The position numbers were made by a program, and so were the translations under genes. 64,000 bases of DNA from an uncultured Cytophagia bacterium (lineage in GTDB: Bacteria > Zhuqueibacterota > Zhuqueibacteria > Residuimicrobiales > Residuimicrobiaceae), in NCBI GenBank assembly GCA_964436305.1, contig CAYTCI010000007.1:20825-84824 (forward strand), in the 5' to 3' direction. Positions within the stretch are counted from its first letter, which is position 1; each line of letters starts with the position of its first letter. Below the pieces are notes generated by a model. That model was not told the origin of the DNA and made no database searches. It was given only the letters and a program-made list of their open reading frames with translations. Positions 10,450-20,404 of the stretch are shown piece by piece.

Positions 10450-11253
10450 ATGCCCGTCCCGAAGCAGCAACTCAGGGCGCTGCACCGTCTGCGGCTGAAG
10501 AAATTCCGCGAGCAGGAGCAGGCCTTTCTGATCGAAGGTGTCCGGCTCTGTGAAGAGGCCCTCCGGGCGCAAGCCCTCCTGGTGCGCCTCTTTCACACGG
10601 CGGAGGCAGCACACAATCCGCGCATCAAGGCCCTGCTGAACGAGAGCGCCGGGCGCGGGGTTCCGATTGAAGAGCTGGACGGCGCCGCCTTTTCCCAGCT
10701 GGCCGATACCGAAACGCCACAAGGTATCGCAGCCCTCCTGCACAAGCCATTACGCCGCACCTTCGATCCCGCTGCCTGCAGGGATGCGTTGGTGCTGGCC
10801 ATCGACGGACTCGCCGATCCGGGCAATCTGGGCACCATCTTGCGTACGGCAGAATGGTTCGGTGTCCGCACGATCCTGCTCAGTCGCGATACAGTCGAAC
10901 TGTACAATCCCAAGGTGGTCCGCAGCAGCATGGGCAGCCTCTTCCGGCTGCAGGTGCATGAGGGGATCGATCTGCAGCAGACGGCCCTCGCCGCCCGGAC
11001 TGCGGGCTGGCGGTTACTCAGCGCCGAGGCGGCGGGCGGCGATCCGGCCCATGAATTCACTCCCGGTGGACGCGACCTGCTCTTCATCGGCAGCGAGGCC
11101 CATGGCCTGGTCACCCCCTTGCAGGAGACGATCGATCGGCGGATCACCATCCCCGGTGGCGGCGCGGAATCGCTCAACGCGGCCATTGCCGCCGCCATTT
11201 TACTCTACCAACTGACCACTCTTCCATTGCGGACGAATGCCCATGCACGTTGA
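10450..11253 (+). CDS. TrmH/SpoU-family RNA methyltransferase
   Basis: FLIEG.RL, DPGNLGTILRTA, PKVVRSSMGS, IGSEAHG, ESLNAAIAA. Confidence 0.92.
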   Translation: MPVPKQQLRALHRLRLKKFREQEQAFLIEGVRLCEEALRAQALLVRLFHTAEAAHNPRIKALLNESAGRGVPIEELDGAAFSQLADTETPQGIAALLHKPLRRTFDPAACRDALVLAIDGLADPGNLGTILRTAEWFGVRTILLSRDTVELYNPKVVRSSMGSLFRLQVHEGIDLQQTALAARTAGWRLLSAEAAGGDPAHEFTPGGRDLLFIGSEAHGLVTPLQETIDRRITIPGGGAESLNAAIAAAILLYQLTTLPLRTNAHAR

Positions 11254-12067
11254 TGACGACTTTTCCTATCTCGATGGTAAAGAGCTTTCCCGGGTGCTGC
11301 TTTGGACGCTGGCCATGTTCATCTTCAGCCTCTTCGCCGGCTCGCTGCTGATCTTTCTGGCCGGTCCGAAATGGGGTTTGCTGGCCGAAACCCTCTTCAT
11401 CGTCCCGGCCCTGGTCTACGTCCTGAAACACAAACGGCCTTTCGCGCGGACATTCCGCCTCAATCCGGTCCGCTGGCCCGTCCTCTTTTACACCCTGTTG
11501 CTGGCCTTTCCGGTCCTGATCCTCGGCGATGAACTGGACCGCATCATCGCCCTCTTCTTCCCTCTCCCTTCCTGGTTTGATGTCGGCGATCTGCTGGCGA
11601 TTCATTCCCTGACCGACGCCATGCTGATCCTTGGCAACGGGGTTATCGTTGCCGCGATCGCCGAGGAAATGCTTTTTCGCGGCCTGATCCAGCGCTCCCT
11701 GGAGCATCTCAACGATGCTGCCACCGCGATGGCGCTTTCGGCCATTCTCTTCGCTATGTTCCATTTCAATATCTGGTGGATGATCCAGATCACCTTGCTC
11801 GGGCTGGTGCTGGCCTACATCGCCTGGAAAAGCGGCAGTATCTGGCCGGCGGTTCTGCTGCATGGCATCAACAACCTGCTCTCGATTCTGGTGGCCAACG
11901 CCGGGCAGGTCAAGATGGACTGGTACGCCGGCGAGGTCCATGTCAAGGGGGTCTGGATTGCCGCCGCTCTCATCCTCCTGGTCCCGGCCCTGGCCGGATT
12001 TCACAAGGCATGCGAAGCCGCCACGGCCCGCCTGCATGAGCGCATGATTGGAGAAGACCATGAATAA
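11237..12067 (+). CDS. CPBP/Abi (CAAX-like) intramembrane glutamic metalloprotease
   Basis: Multi-TM; EEMLFRG, FAMFH, HGINN. Confidence 0.9.
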   Translation: MPMHVDDDFSYLDGKELSRVLLWTLAMFIFSLFAGSLLIFLAGPKWGLLAETLFIVPALVYVLKHKRPFARTFRLNPVRWPVLFYTLLLAFPVLILGDELDRIIALFFPLPSWFDVGDLLAIHSLTDAMLILGNGVIVAAIAEEMLFRGLIQRSLEHLNDAATAMALSAILFAMFHFNIWWMIQITLLGLVLAYIAWKSGSIWPAVLLHGINNLLSILVANAGQVKMDWYAGEVHVKGVWIAAALILLVPALAGFHKACEAATARLHERMIGEDHE

Positions 12068-13592
12068 CCGTGCACCCCAGGTTCGCATCGGCATGATCCA
12101 GTCCGCCGAGACCATCCGTTTCCAGTGCGAGAGCGCCTTCGATCTTCTCGACCTGCAAGGCAACCGGATGGCCCATGGCAAGGCCAATTCCCCCTGCGAG
12201 GCGGTCATTCGTCAGGCCGAGGCGGCCGAAATACGCTATCATGTTCGGCTGGCGATCGCCATCACCGAGGAGGAGGCGGAGAAGCGGCGCAAAAAACTCA
12301 AGGCACGGGATATCGCCACCTCCCTGTGGCGGCCGGGCATCGTGCTGGCCTTGCATGATTACACCATGGACAACCGCGAATACTGGGTCGTGACCGAGGC
12401 CTTTGCCGATGAAGCTGCGGCCAAACAATTCGCCCTGAGCTTCGAGCCGGTGGGTGAAGCCGTTGTCGTCAAGGAGATCATCCGCAAGCCCTCCGGTACG
12501 CTCGTGCTGATGCACCAGCCCTTTGCCGATGGTTGCCGCATCGCCCCTTGCGATCCAGAGGCCCGCATCCAGCTCTTCGATGTCACCGTCGGCATCGAGT
12601 TCCATTGGCAGCACCAGCGCACCCAGCTGTTGCCCGGAATTCTCGAGATCGCCTTCAACAATGCCGGGCGGCTGCTGGCGGTCAATGAACTGGACATCGA
12701 GACCTACCTCATCAGCGTCAACTCCTCGGAGATGACCCGGGAGAATCCGGTCGAGCTGCTCAAGGCCCAGACCATCGCCGCGCGCAGCACCATTCTCGCC
12801 ACCATGGGCAAACACCACTATGACGAAAAGTTCCATCTCTGCTCCGACGATCACTGCCAGTGCTATCATGGTGTGGCCAACATCTCCGAGTACTCGCAGG
12901 CCGCGGCGGTCGAAACCGAGGGGGTCAATCTGCTGCATGCGGGCCGGGTCTGCGATGCGCGCTATGCCAAGATCTGCGGTGGGATCATGGAGGATTACGC
13001 CCACATCTGGGATGAACGCGAGGTCCCCTATCTGGTGCCGGGCGTGGATGGCAAGGAAAAACTGGGCTTCCCGCTGGCCAGCGAGGAGCAAACCAAAGCC
13101 TATATCGACAGCTCGCCCGATGTCTGGTGCAACACCCAAAAATATGCGATTCCCTCTTCGCTGCCCTACAACACCCGGGATCTCTTCCGCTGGAAGGTCT
13201 CTTATCCGCGCCAGGCGTTGGGTGAGCTGATCAGCCGGCGGCTGGGCATTCAATTTGGCGAGCTGATCGATCTCATCCCCGGGGAGCGCGCGCCCGGTGG
13301 CCGCCTGATTTTCATGGATGTCGTCGGCAGCGAGCGTACTGTCCGGATCGGCAAGGAGCTGGTCATCCGCCGCGCCCTCTCCGAGAGTCATCTCTACAGC
13401 GCCTGTTTCTATATTGAGCGCGAGCGGGACGCCGCCGGCCAGGTGGTGCAGTTCCATCTGATCGGCGCCGGCTGGGGGCATGGCGTCGGGCTGTGCCAGG
13501 TGGGCGCGACCGTCATGGCGCAGCAGGGGTTCGATCATGCGGCCATTCTGGCGCACTATTACAAGCAGAGCCAGTTGGCAAAACTCTACTAA
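12048..13592 (+). CDS. SpoIID/LytB lytic-transglycosylase-domain protein
   Basis: YLISVNSSEM, ELLKAQTIAARS, CQCYHG, GAGWGHGVGLCQVGA, ILAHYY. Confidence 0.9.
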   Translation: MEKTMNNRAPQVRIGMIQSAETIRFQCESAFDLLDLQGNRMAHGKANSPCEAVIRQAEAAEIRYHVRLAIAITEEEAEKRRKKLKARDIATSLWRPGIVLALHDYTMDNREYWVVTEAFADEAAAKQFALSFEPVGEAVVVKEIIRKPSGTLVLMHQPFADGCRIAPCDPEARIQLFDVTVGIEFHWQHQRTQLLPGILEIAFNNAGRLLAVNELDIETYLISVNSSEMTRENPVELLKAQTIAARSTILATMGKHHYDEKFHLCSDDHCQCYHGVANISEYSQAAAVETEGVNLLHAGRVCDARYAKICGGIMEDYAHIWDEREVPYLVPGVDGKEKLGFPLASEEQTKAYIDSSPDVWCNTQKYAIPSSLPYNTRDLFRWKVSYPRQALGELISRRLGIQFGELIDLIPGERAPGGRLIFMDVVGSERTVRIGKELVIRRALSESHLYSACFYIERERDAAGQVVQFHLIGAGWGHGVGLCQVGATVMAQQGFDHAAILAHYYKQSQLAKLY

Positions 13593-13675
13593 AAGCTTTC
13601 CGCAGAGCGGGCCTGTTGCCGCTATCTTATAACAGGTTAACACAAAGCAGGCCCGATGAGAGACCGCGGAATGGT

Positions 13676-14032
13676 ATGAAAATAGTCATTTTTAACGACG
13701 AATTGCGCTCCGGCATGCAGATGTATCTCGCGCTGAGCAACCGTCACGAAGTACGCGTCGCGCGCGATGCAGATGATCTCTTCACGATGCTGGATCAGGC
13801 CGCCGCCGACCTGACGATCCTCGACCTGGCTTTCCCCGAGTCCCGGGATGAGCCGGTGGACGGCTTCGACATCGCCCAGCGGATCCACAGCCAGCATCCG
13901 CAGACCAAACTGGTCGGTATCTACGATCAGGACAATCCGGATCTGGCCGAGAAGGCCCGCGCCCGAGGCATCGATGATTTGATCGCTCGCCCGATCAAAA
14001 ACCGGGAATTGCTCGGGCTGATTGAAAAATAA
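13676..14032 (+). CDS. Stand-alone atypical receiver (CheY-like) protein
   Basis: MKIVIFND, ILDL, DGFD, GIDDLIARP; 118 aa, no output domain. Confidence 0.75.
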   Translation: MKIVIFNDELRSGMQMYLALSNRHEVRVARDADDLFTMLDQAAADLTILDLAFPESRDEPVDGFDIAQRIHSQHPQTKLVGIYDQDNPDLAEKARARGIDDLIARPIKNRELLGLIEK

Positions 14033-14070
14033 GACTCTGTTTCATTACGGTGGGCTTGAGCCCTTGCTCC

Positions 14071-14100
14071 AAGGCCGGCACTCTCATGCCGGCCTTTTTT
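14071..14100 (+). terminator. Rho-independent terminator
   Basis: AAGGCCGGCA-ctctca-TGCCGGCCTT followed by a T run. Confidence 0.85.
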
Positions 14101-14113
14101 ATTAACAAACCTG

Positions 14114-14142
14114 TTGCAAATTATATGGATATGATGTACTTT
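14114..14142 (+). promoter_or_regulatory. sigma70-type promoter of nadB, TTGCAA-N17-TACTTT
   Basis: Motif match 20 nt upstream of the ATG. Confidence 0.55.
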
Positions 14143-14162
14143 ACTAAAAAAAAGAAGGGTGC

Positions 14163-15773
14163 ATGAGCATAGAAACCGATTTTCTCGTCATCGGCAGCGG
14201 CATTGGCGGCCTCTCGACCGCCCTCAAGCTGGCGCAAAACGGGACCGTCGCCATCATTACCAAGAAGCACCAGTCGGAATCGAACACCAACTATGCCCAG
14301 GGCGGCATCGCCTCGGTCTTCGATCAGGGCGATTCCTACGAGGAGCACATCCAGGACACCCTGACGGCTGGCGCCGGCTTGTGCCATGAGGACGCCGTCC
14401 GCCTGATCGTCAGCCAGGGTCCCGCCCGGGTCCGCGAACTCTATGAGCTGGGCGTCCCCTTCACCCGCAACGATGCCGGGCAATTCGACCTCGGCCGTGA
14501 GGGCGGGCACCATCATAACCGCATCGTCCACGTCAAGGACCACACCGGTCGCGACGTCGAGACCGCCCTGCTGGAAGCCGCGCGCAGCAATCCGCGCATC
14601 ATGATCTATGAACACCATATGGCGGTCGAGCTGATCACCGAACACCAGGTCTTCAGCGCTCGCCCGGCGCCCGATCTCTCGATCAACTGTTGGGGCGCCT
14701 ACGTCCTCGATATCAACGCCCAACGGGTCGAACCCTTCATCGCCAAAGCGACGATCCTTGCCTCCGGCGGCTGCGGCCAGGTCTATCTCCATACCACCAA
14801 TCCCTCGATCGCCACCGGGGACGGCATGGCCATCGCCTATCGTGCCGGCGCCACCATCGCCAATATGGAGTTCATGCAGTTCCACCCCACCTCGCTCTAT
14901 CATCCCGAGGCCAACTCTTTCCTGATCTCCGAGGCGGTGCGCGGCTTCGGCGGCCGGCTCATTCACAAGGATGGTGACTCCTTCATGGAAAAATACCATC
15001 CGATGGGAGCACTGGCGCCCCGCGACATCGTTGCGCGGGCGATCGATACCGAGCTTAAAAAACGCGGCGTTCCCTGCGTCTATCTCGACGTCAGTTATCT
15101 GGAGGCCGAGGCCGTCAAGGCCCGCTTCCCCAATATCTATGAAAATTGCCTGCGCTATAAAATTGACATCACCAAAGAGCCGATCCCGGTCGTGCCAGCC
15201 GCCCATTATGCCTGCGGTGGTGTCCGCACCGACCTGGCGGGATCTACCAGCATCAGCGGCCTGCTGGCATGCGGTGAGGTCACCTGCACCGGCGTCCATG
15301 GCGCCAACCGCCTGGCCTCCAACTCCCTGCTCGAAGCCGTCGTCTTCGCCCATGAGGCCAGCCAGGCCGCCATCCGCTTCGCCGCTGCGCGCCAGCCGAT
15401 CCCCAGCAGCATCCCCCGCTGGGATGAAACCGGCACCTTCAATCAGGAGGAGTGGGTCCTGATCTCCCACGACCGGCTCGAGATTCAAAACATCATGTGG
15501 GATTATGTCGGCATCGTGCGCTCCAACGCCCGCCTCGAACGGGCTCTGAGCCGGATCCGCCTGATCCGCCAGGAGATCGAAAACTATTACAAGCGTACCC
15601 GGATCACCGAGGGACTGCTGGAGCTGCGCAATCTGGCCACCGTGGCCCAGATGATCATCCAGTCCGCCATGATGCGCCGGGAGAGCCGCGGGCTGCACTA
15701 CACGACCGACTATCCCAATAGCGATGACGCGTTTCGCCACGATACCCTGATCGAACATACCGTTGTCCAGTGA
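14163..15773 (+). CDS. nadB: L-aspartate oxidase
   Basis: [67 protein letters not shown]. Confidence 0.96.
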   Translation: MSIETDFLVIGSGIGGLSTALKLAQNGTVAIITKKHQSESNTNYAQGGIASVFDQGDSYEEHIQDTLTAGAGLCHEDAVRLIVSQGPARVRELYELGVPFTRNDAGQFDLGREGGHHHNRIVHVKDHTGRDVETALLEAARSNPRIMIYEHHMAVELITEHQVFSARPAPDLSINCWGAYVLDINAQRVEPFIAKATILASGGCGQVYLHTTNPSIATGDGMAIAYRAGATIANMEFMQFHPTSLYHPEANSFLISEAVRGFGGRLIHKDGDSFMEKYHPMGALAPRDIVARAIDTELKKRGVPCVYLDVSYLEAEAVKARFPNIYENCLRYKIDITKEPIPVVPAAHYACGGVRTDLAGSTSISGLLACGEVTCTGVHGANRLASNSLLEAVVFAHEASQAAIRFAAARQPIPSSIPRWDETGTFNQEEWVLISHDRLEIQNIMWDYVGIVRSNARLERALSRIRLIRQEIENYYKRTRITEGLLELRNLATVAQMIIQSAMMRRESRGLHYTTDYPNSDDAFRHDTLIEHTVVQ

Positions 15774-15799
15774 TTCCCTGACCTCGATGGAGTGCGGCG

Positions 15800-16936
15800 A
15801 TGATCATCTCGAAGATTGAAGTTCGCGCGTTCAAGTCGATTTACGAGCTCGCTCTGCCCCTGGATCCGCATATCAATGTGCTCATCGGCGCCAACGAGAG
15901 CGGCAAATCCAACATCCTCAAGGCCCTCGAAGCCTTCCGCGAAAAGGTGGCGCTCGATGCCTCGTTCACCTGCCAGTACTCGAATCACTACTACATGGCC
16001 AAACCTCCCGAACTGACCCTGGAGTTTTCCGGTTTCACCAACGAAAACCGGCGCCTGCTGCAGCTGGTCTCCGAGTCGTTCAAGGAGGTGGAGCGTTTCA
16101 AGATCCGCAAGGAGGGGCCAACCCTCAACGACTACCATCTGCTGATCAACGGCAATCCGGCCGAGGCGGTCGACATGGCCCGGCTGCTGCGCATCCTCCC
16201 CAAGATCCTCTATTTTCCCGATATCCGTCTGCTCAAAAACCGCGTCGACTATGACGATCTCATCGCCAACCTGCCGGATTGCGCCACCGAACGCAACCTG
16301 CTCAAGATCGGCGGGGTCGATCGCTATGAAACCATCTTCGAGGACAACGCCCGCGGCCGTCGCGCCCTCGAGGAGGCCAGCCGGATCATCACCGAACAGC
16401 TGCGCCGCGTCTGGTCGCAGGAACCGACCATTGAAGTCAAACTCAATGTCAACGGCCGCGCCCTCTATATCGATTTCAGTGACAGCACCACCGTCTTCGA
16501 CACCCCGGAGTCCCGCAGCCTCGGATTCCGCTGGTATCTCTCCTTTTATGTCAATTTTCTCGCCCAAACCTTCGAGGCCCAGGCCAACGAGTATCTCTTT
16601 CTCTTCGATGAACCCGGCATTCACCTGCACCCCTCCGGCCAGAAGGATCTGATGAAGGTCCTCGAGGACCTGGCGCTTAAAAACCAGGTGGTTTTCAGCA
16701 CCCATTCGCCCTTCATGATCAATCGCCAGTTTCCCGAGCGCGTCATTCTGGTGGTCAAGGACAAGAACGGCACCCGCATTGACAACCAGGCCTACCGCGA
16801 ACACTGGAAACCCCTGCGTGACGAGATCGGCCTCAAGGTGGGCGACCTCTTTTTCTTCAGCGATTCCAGCATCATCGTCGAGCTGCCGACGCGCAAGTCC
16901 GGGATCCTGGAAAAATTCAAGTCCAAACCTGAATAG
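15800..16936 (+). CDS. OLD/AAA_15-type ABC ATPase lacking the TOPRIM nuclease domain
   Basis: F(K)SI strand, Walker A GANESGKS, signature-like SLGFRWYLSF, Walker B FDEPGIHLHP, H-loop STHSPFMI; ends at IIVELPT with no EGxxD. Confidence 0.75.
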   Translation: MIISKIEVRAFKSIYELALPLDPHINVLIGANESGKSNILKALEAFREKVALDASFTCQYSNHYYMAKPPELTLEFSGFTNENRRLLQLVSESFKEVERFKIRKEGPTLNDYHLLINGNPAEAVDMARLLRILPKILYFPDIRLLKNRVDYDDLIANLPDCATERNLLKIGGVDRYETIFEDNARGRRALEEASRIITEQLRRVWSQEPTIEVKLNVNGRALYIDFSDSTTVFDTPESRSLGFRWYLSFYVNFLAQTFEAQANEYLFLFDEPGIHLHPSGQKDLMKVLEDLALKNQVVFSTHSPFMINRQFPERVILVVKDKNGTRIDNQAYREHWKPLRDEIGLKVGDLFFFSDSSIIVELPTRKSGILEKFKSKPE

Positions 16937-17029
16937 CCGCATGCCGGAGGCAAGGATCCATAGGCGCCGGGGATCCCGGCCGTTCGGGCCGGTCCGGACT
17001 CCTCACGCCCACGCCGCGGGAGACCGGCC

Positions 17030-17836
17030 ATGCTGAAGGGCGACCTCTCCGGCAAGGAAAAATACTGGCTCTACCAGTACCGCCTCGGGAGCCGCTATCT
17101 TCTGCCGCTGCTGCGGAAATGGGGCGTTCCCCTTGAGGGCGCCCGCATGCTCGATATCGGCTGTGCGGAGGCGGGCATCCTCTGCGCCTTCGCCGATGCC
17201 GGCGGCCGCGCCATCGGGGTGGAACTGAGCCCGAGCCGCCTCCACTTCGCCCGCCATTTTGCTTCACCCGCGCAACGGGACAAGGTGACCTTCATTGCCG
17301 CCGACTTTTTTCATATGCCCCTGACAAAGGAGCATGGCCGTTTTGACCTGATCCTCCTCCGCGATGTCTTTGAGCATTTACCCGACAAGCGCAGCGCCTT
17401 TGCCGCCCTGGCTGGATTGATGCAGCCCGGCACCCGGCTGATCCTGACCTTTCCGCCCTTTCGTTCTCCATTCGGCGGGCATCAGCAGATGCTCGGCGGC
17501 TGGCTCCGCCGTCTCCCCTGGTTCCACATCTTGCCGGGTCCCCTGTGGCGCCTGGTCACCCGATATATCAAATCGCACGATCCCAATCCCCGCTTTCTCG
17601 ACGAAATGGAAAAACTCCGGCACAACCCGATGTCGATCGCCCTTTGCCTCCGGCTGGCCAGGCAGCATAAGCTGCGGATCACCGCACAGCGCTACTATCT
17701 CAGCCGTCCCAGTTTCAAGCTGCGCTACGGCTGGCCGGTGATCGGAGCGCAAACCCTGGGGCGTATCCCGGTGCTGCGCGAGTTTTTCATCACCGGCGCC
17801 ATCATCATGCTGAGCAAACCATGCCCCGAGTCCTGA
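17030..17836 (+). CDS. Class I SAM-dependent methyltransferase
   Basis: MLDIGCAEAG, GVELS, FDLILLRDVFEH. Confidence 0.88.
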   Translation: MLKGDLSGKEKYWLYQYRLGSRYLLPLLRKWGVPLEGARMLDIGCAEAGILCAFADAGGRAIGVELSPSRLHFARHFASPAQRDKVTFIAADFFHMPLTKEHGRFDLILLRDVFEHLPDKRSAFAALAGLMQPGTRLILTFPPFRSPFGGHQQMLGGWLRRLPWFHILPGPLWRLVTRYIKSHDPNPRFLDEMEKLRHNPMSIALCLRLARQHKLRITAQRYYLSRPSFKLRYGWPVIGAQTLGRIPVLREFFITGAIIMLSKPCPES

Positions 17837-19158
17837 TCACCACCTACTACTTTCCGCCTGCCGGAGGCGCCGGTGTGCAGCGGACGCTCAAGTTTGTCAA
17901 ATACCTGCGCGAATTCGGCTGGGAGCCGGTGGTTCTGACCGCCCGCGACGCCGACTATCCCGCCCGCGATGAGACCCTGATAGCGGAGATCCCGGAGGGG
18001 GTCAAGATCTACCGGGCGCCCCTGTTCGAGCCCTACCGTCTTTATCGCCGTTTCACCGGCAAGTCGGCGGATGCGGCCACCGATATCGCTACCCTGACCC
18101 GGGATGCCCGCGGGGCACAGAAATGGAGCGAACGGCTATCCGAGTTCATCCGCGCCGCCCTCTTCGTCCCCGATGCCCGCATGACCTGGCTCTGTCCGGC
18201 GTTTTACCTCGGCCGCAAGATCCTGCAAGCCGAAAAGATCGATCTGCTCTTCTCCAGCGCCCCGCCCTACACCACCCATCTCATCGGCCGCCGGCTGAAA
18301 CGCGCCTCCGGCTTGCCCTGGGTGGCCGATTTCCGCGACTCGTGGATCGGCTGGCTCTCGACCCCGCCATGGCGGCCGGCGCCCGCCCGCGCCCTCGAGT
18401 TCCGCATGGAAAAAAACGTCCTGGCGCAAGCCGACCGCATTCTGACCGTCTCCGCCGGTGTCGAGGAGGATCTGCTGAGCCGCCATCCGGAGCTGCGCGA
18501 TGCGCGCTGGCGCTGCCTCCCGAACGGATTCGATGCCGCGGATCTGGCCGGCATCCAGCCCAAAGCCAAAACGCCCGGCTTCACCCTGATCTATACCGGC
18601 TCGCTCTATGGCAACCGCAATCCCCGCTCCCTGCTGCGCGCTCTCGAACAGCTGCTGGCAGAATCCTTTGCTCCGCTCGAGAGGTTGCACATCCGGCTGG
18701 TCGGGCGCAGCGGCGAGGCCATTCTGCAGGAGATCGCCGCCTCACCGGCAGGACGGTTCTTCGAATATATCCCCTACGTCTCCCATGCCGAAAGCCTGCA
18801 GTACCTGCTGGCCGCCGATGCCGCGCTCCTGATCATCGACGATGCTCCGGCCAACCGCGGCATCCTCACCGGCAAGCTCTTCGAGTATATCGGCGCGCGC
18901 CTGCCCATCCTGGCGCTGGCGCCCGAAGGTGATGCCTCCGCCCTCATCCGCCAACACCACCTCGGCTATGCTCTGCAGCCCGGCGACAGCGAAGGCATCG
19001 CCGCCATTCTGCGTCGGCTGTTGCAGGAGGAGGATCAGACGGTACGGCAGGAAGGCGAAGCGGCCCGCAGCCTCTTTGAACGCCGCGAACAGACCCGCCA
19101 GCTCGCTGCGCTTTTTGACGAGTTGATTGCGGCTCGGGGAAAACAGGGGCAAAGGTAG
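17821..19158 (+). CDS. GT4-family glycosyltransferase
   Basis: YYFPPAGGAGVQRTLKFVKYL, WVADFRDSW, PNGFD, YTGSLY, TGKLFEY. Confidence 0.88.
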   Translation: MPRVLITTYYFPPAGGAGVQRTLKFVKYLREFGWEPVVLTARDADYPARDETLIAEIPEGVKIYRAPLFEPYRLYRRFTGKSADAATDIATLTRDARGAQKWSERLSEFIRAALFVPDARMTWLCPAFYLGRKILQAEKIDLLFSSAPPYTTHLIGRRLKRASGLPWVADFRDSWIGWLSTPPWRPAPARALEFRMEKNVLAQADRILTVSAGVEEDLLSRHPELRDARWRCLPNGFDAADLAGIQPKAKTPGFTLIYTGSLYGNRNPRSLLRALEQLLAESFAPLERLHIRLVGRSGEAILQEIAASPAGRFFEYIPYVSHAESLQYLLAADAALLIIDDAPANRGILTGKLFEYIGARLPILALAPEGDASALIRQHHLGYALQPGDSEGIAAILRRLLQEEDQTVRQEGEAARSLFERREQTRQLAALFDELIAARGKQGQR

Positions 19159-19193
19159 CGGATCGGGAGGGTCAAGATCACCGCGGTTGCAGC

Positions 19194-20222
19194 TCAGAGA
19201 GGCGCCACTTGCTTGAGGAGTGCGGCCAGGTCGTCCTGACGCCGGGAGAGGGTGAAACGGGTGACGATGCGCTGCCGCGCCGCCTGCCGCTGCGCCGGGC
19301 CGGCTTGCAGGGCTTGTTCGACGGCGGCCGTCAGCTGGAGAGCCGAGCGCTCGGCGACCACCCAGCCGGCCTCGCCGACCACTTCGGGCATGGCGCCGTT
19401 CGCCGTCACCACCGGCAGGCATCCGCACGCCATGGCTTCGGCCAGCGCCATGCCGAACGATTCGTGATGCGAAAACTGGCAGTACACCTGGCTGCGTGCA
19501 TAAAGGGCGGCCAGCGCCGTCCGCTCCAGACGGCCGAGCAGACGGACGTTCTCCGGTACCCCCCGTGCGCGGATCCACGCCAATGCTCCGGCCTCGAGAC
19601 CGACCACACTGAAAGCAACCTGCGGCAGCTGCTGTGCCACCTCCAGATAGAGCTCGATACCCTTGATCTCCGCTGCGCGCCTGTCGCGGGCACCGCAAAC
19701 CGTGAGTACCCCCCTCTCCCTCACACTCTCCGTCTCCGCAGCGAAAAAGGCGGTGTCGACGCCGTTATAGAGAATCCTGGCTGGAGCGTGCGGGCCGAGG
19801 GCCGCCAGTTCCGCCGCCGTCGCCTGCGATACCGGCAGCAGCAGGGCCGCATGGCGCAGACTCATCCGGCTGCAAAAAGAGCGCAGCGCCTGCAGATGGG
19901 CGCCATAGCCAAAATCGGGCATGCGGGCGACATCATAGCCGCCGACGACGATGATGACCGGCTTGCGCAGGAACCGGCCTGCCAGGACCGGCACCAGGGA
20001 ATGATAATCGGCGAACCAGGTGAAGAGGGCCGCTGAACCCGGGAGGTGGCGCAGCAGCCAGAACCCCTGCGCCACCTGATCCCAGAGCTGACGCAGCCAG
20101 GGTTTGAAATGAAAGAGGCGTATCCGCAGGCGGAAATGATGGCGCAAGCCCGCCATATCGGCAAGGACGAAGGGCGCCCGGCTGGGCTGGATGAAAAGTA
20201 CGTGCGGGGGCCGGTGCGGCAT
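19194..20222 (-). CDS. GT4-family glycosyltransferase
   Basis: YNGVD, KG, ESFGMALAEAMACG; GAGGTG RBS before ATG 20222. Confidence 0.9.
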   Translation of the reverse strand: MPHRPPHVLFIQPSRAPFVLADMAGLRHHFRLRIRLFHFKPWLRQLWDQVAQGFWLLRHLPGSAALFTWFADYHSLVPVLAGRFLRKPVIIVVGGYDVARMPDFGYGAHLQALRSFCSRMSLRHAALLLPVSQATAAELAALGPHAPARILYNGVDTAFFAAETESVRERGVLTVCGARDRRAAEIKGIELYLEVAQQLPQVAFSVVGLEAGALAWIRARGVPENVRLLGRLERTALAALYARSQVYCQFSHHESFGMALAEAMACGCLPVVTANGAMPEVVGEAGWVVAERSALQLTAAVEQALQAGPAQRQAARQRIVTRFTLSRRQDDLAALLKQVAPL

Positions 20223-20332
20223 GGCGAACACCTCTCTGCAGTCGGTCATCGGGTATCAGGGATCCTCAACCCCAATATAAAAAATCCGGCGATAGGATCA
20301 AAAAACTTCAAAACAAAAGCGTAAAGAATCGC

Positions 20333-20361
20333 TGGACTTTGTTGAAAAATTGTCATATAAT
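20333..20361 (+). promoter_or_regulatory. sigma70-type promoter TGGACT-N17-TATAAT
   Basis: Perfect -10; argues against the ORF-track start at 20339. Confidence 0.65.
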
Positions 20362-20404
20362 AACCAATAATCGGCTTTCATCCCTCTCTTGCAACGAGGC
20401 TGTC

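Noticed and set aside
14033-14162. NAD riboswitch or NrtR/NadR operator upstream of nadB
   Set aside because: The spacer is explained by the upstream terminator and a promoter ~20 nt from the ATG, leaving no room for an aptamer; the GT..AC spacing does not fit the NrtR palindrome as I recall it.
15800-16936. Gabija, Septu or PARIS defence island
   Set aside because: No helicase, HNH or TOPRIM partner, no mobile genes, native composition; kept only as an orphan ATPase finding.
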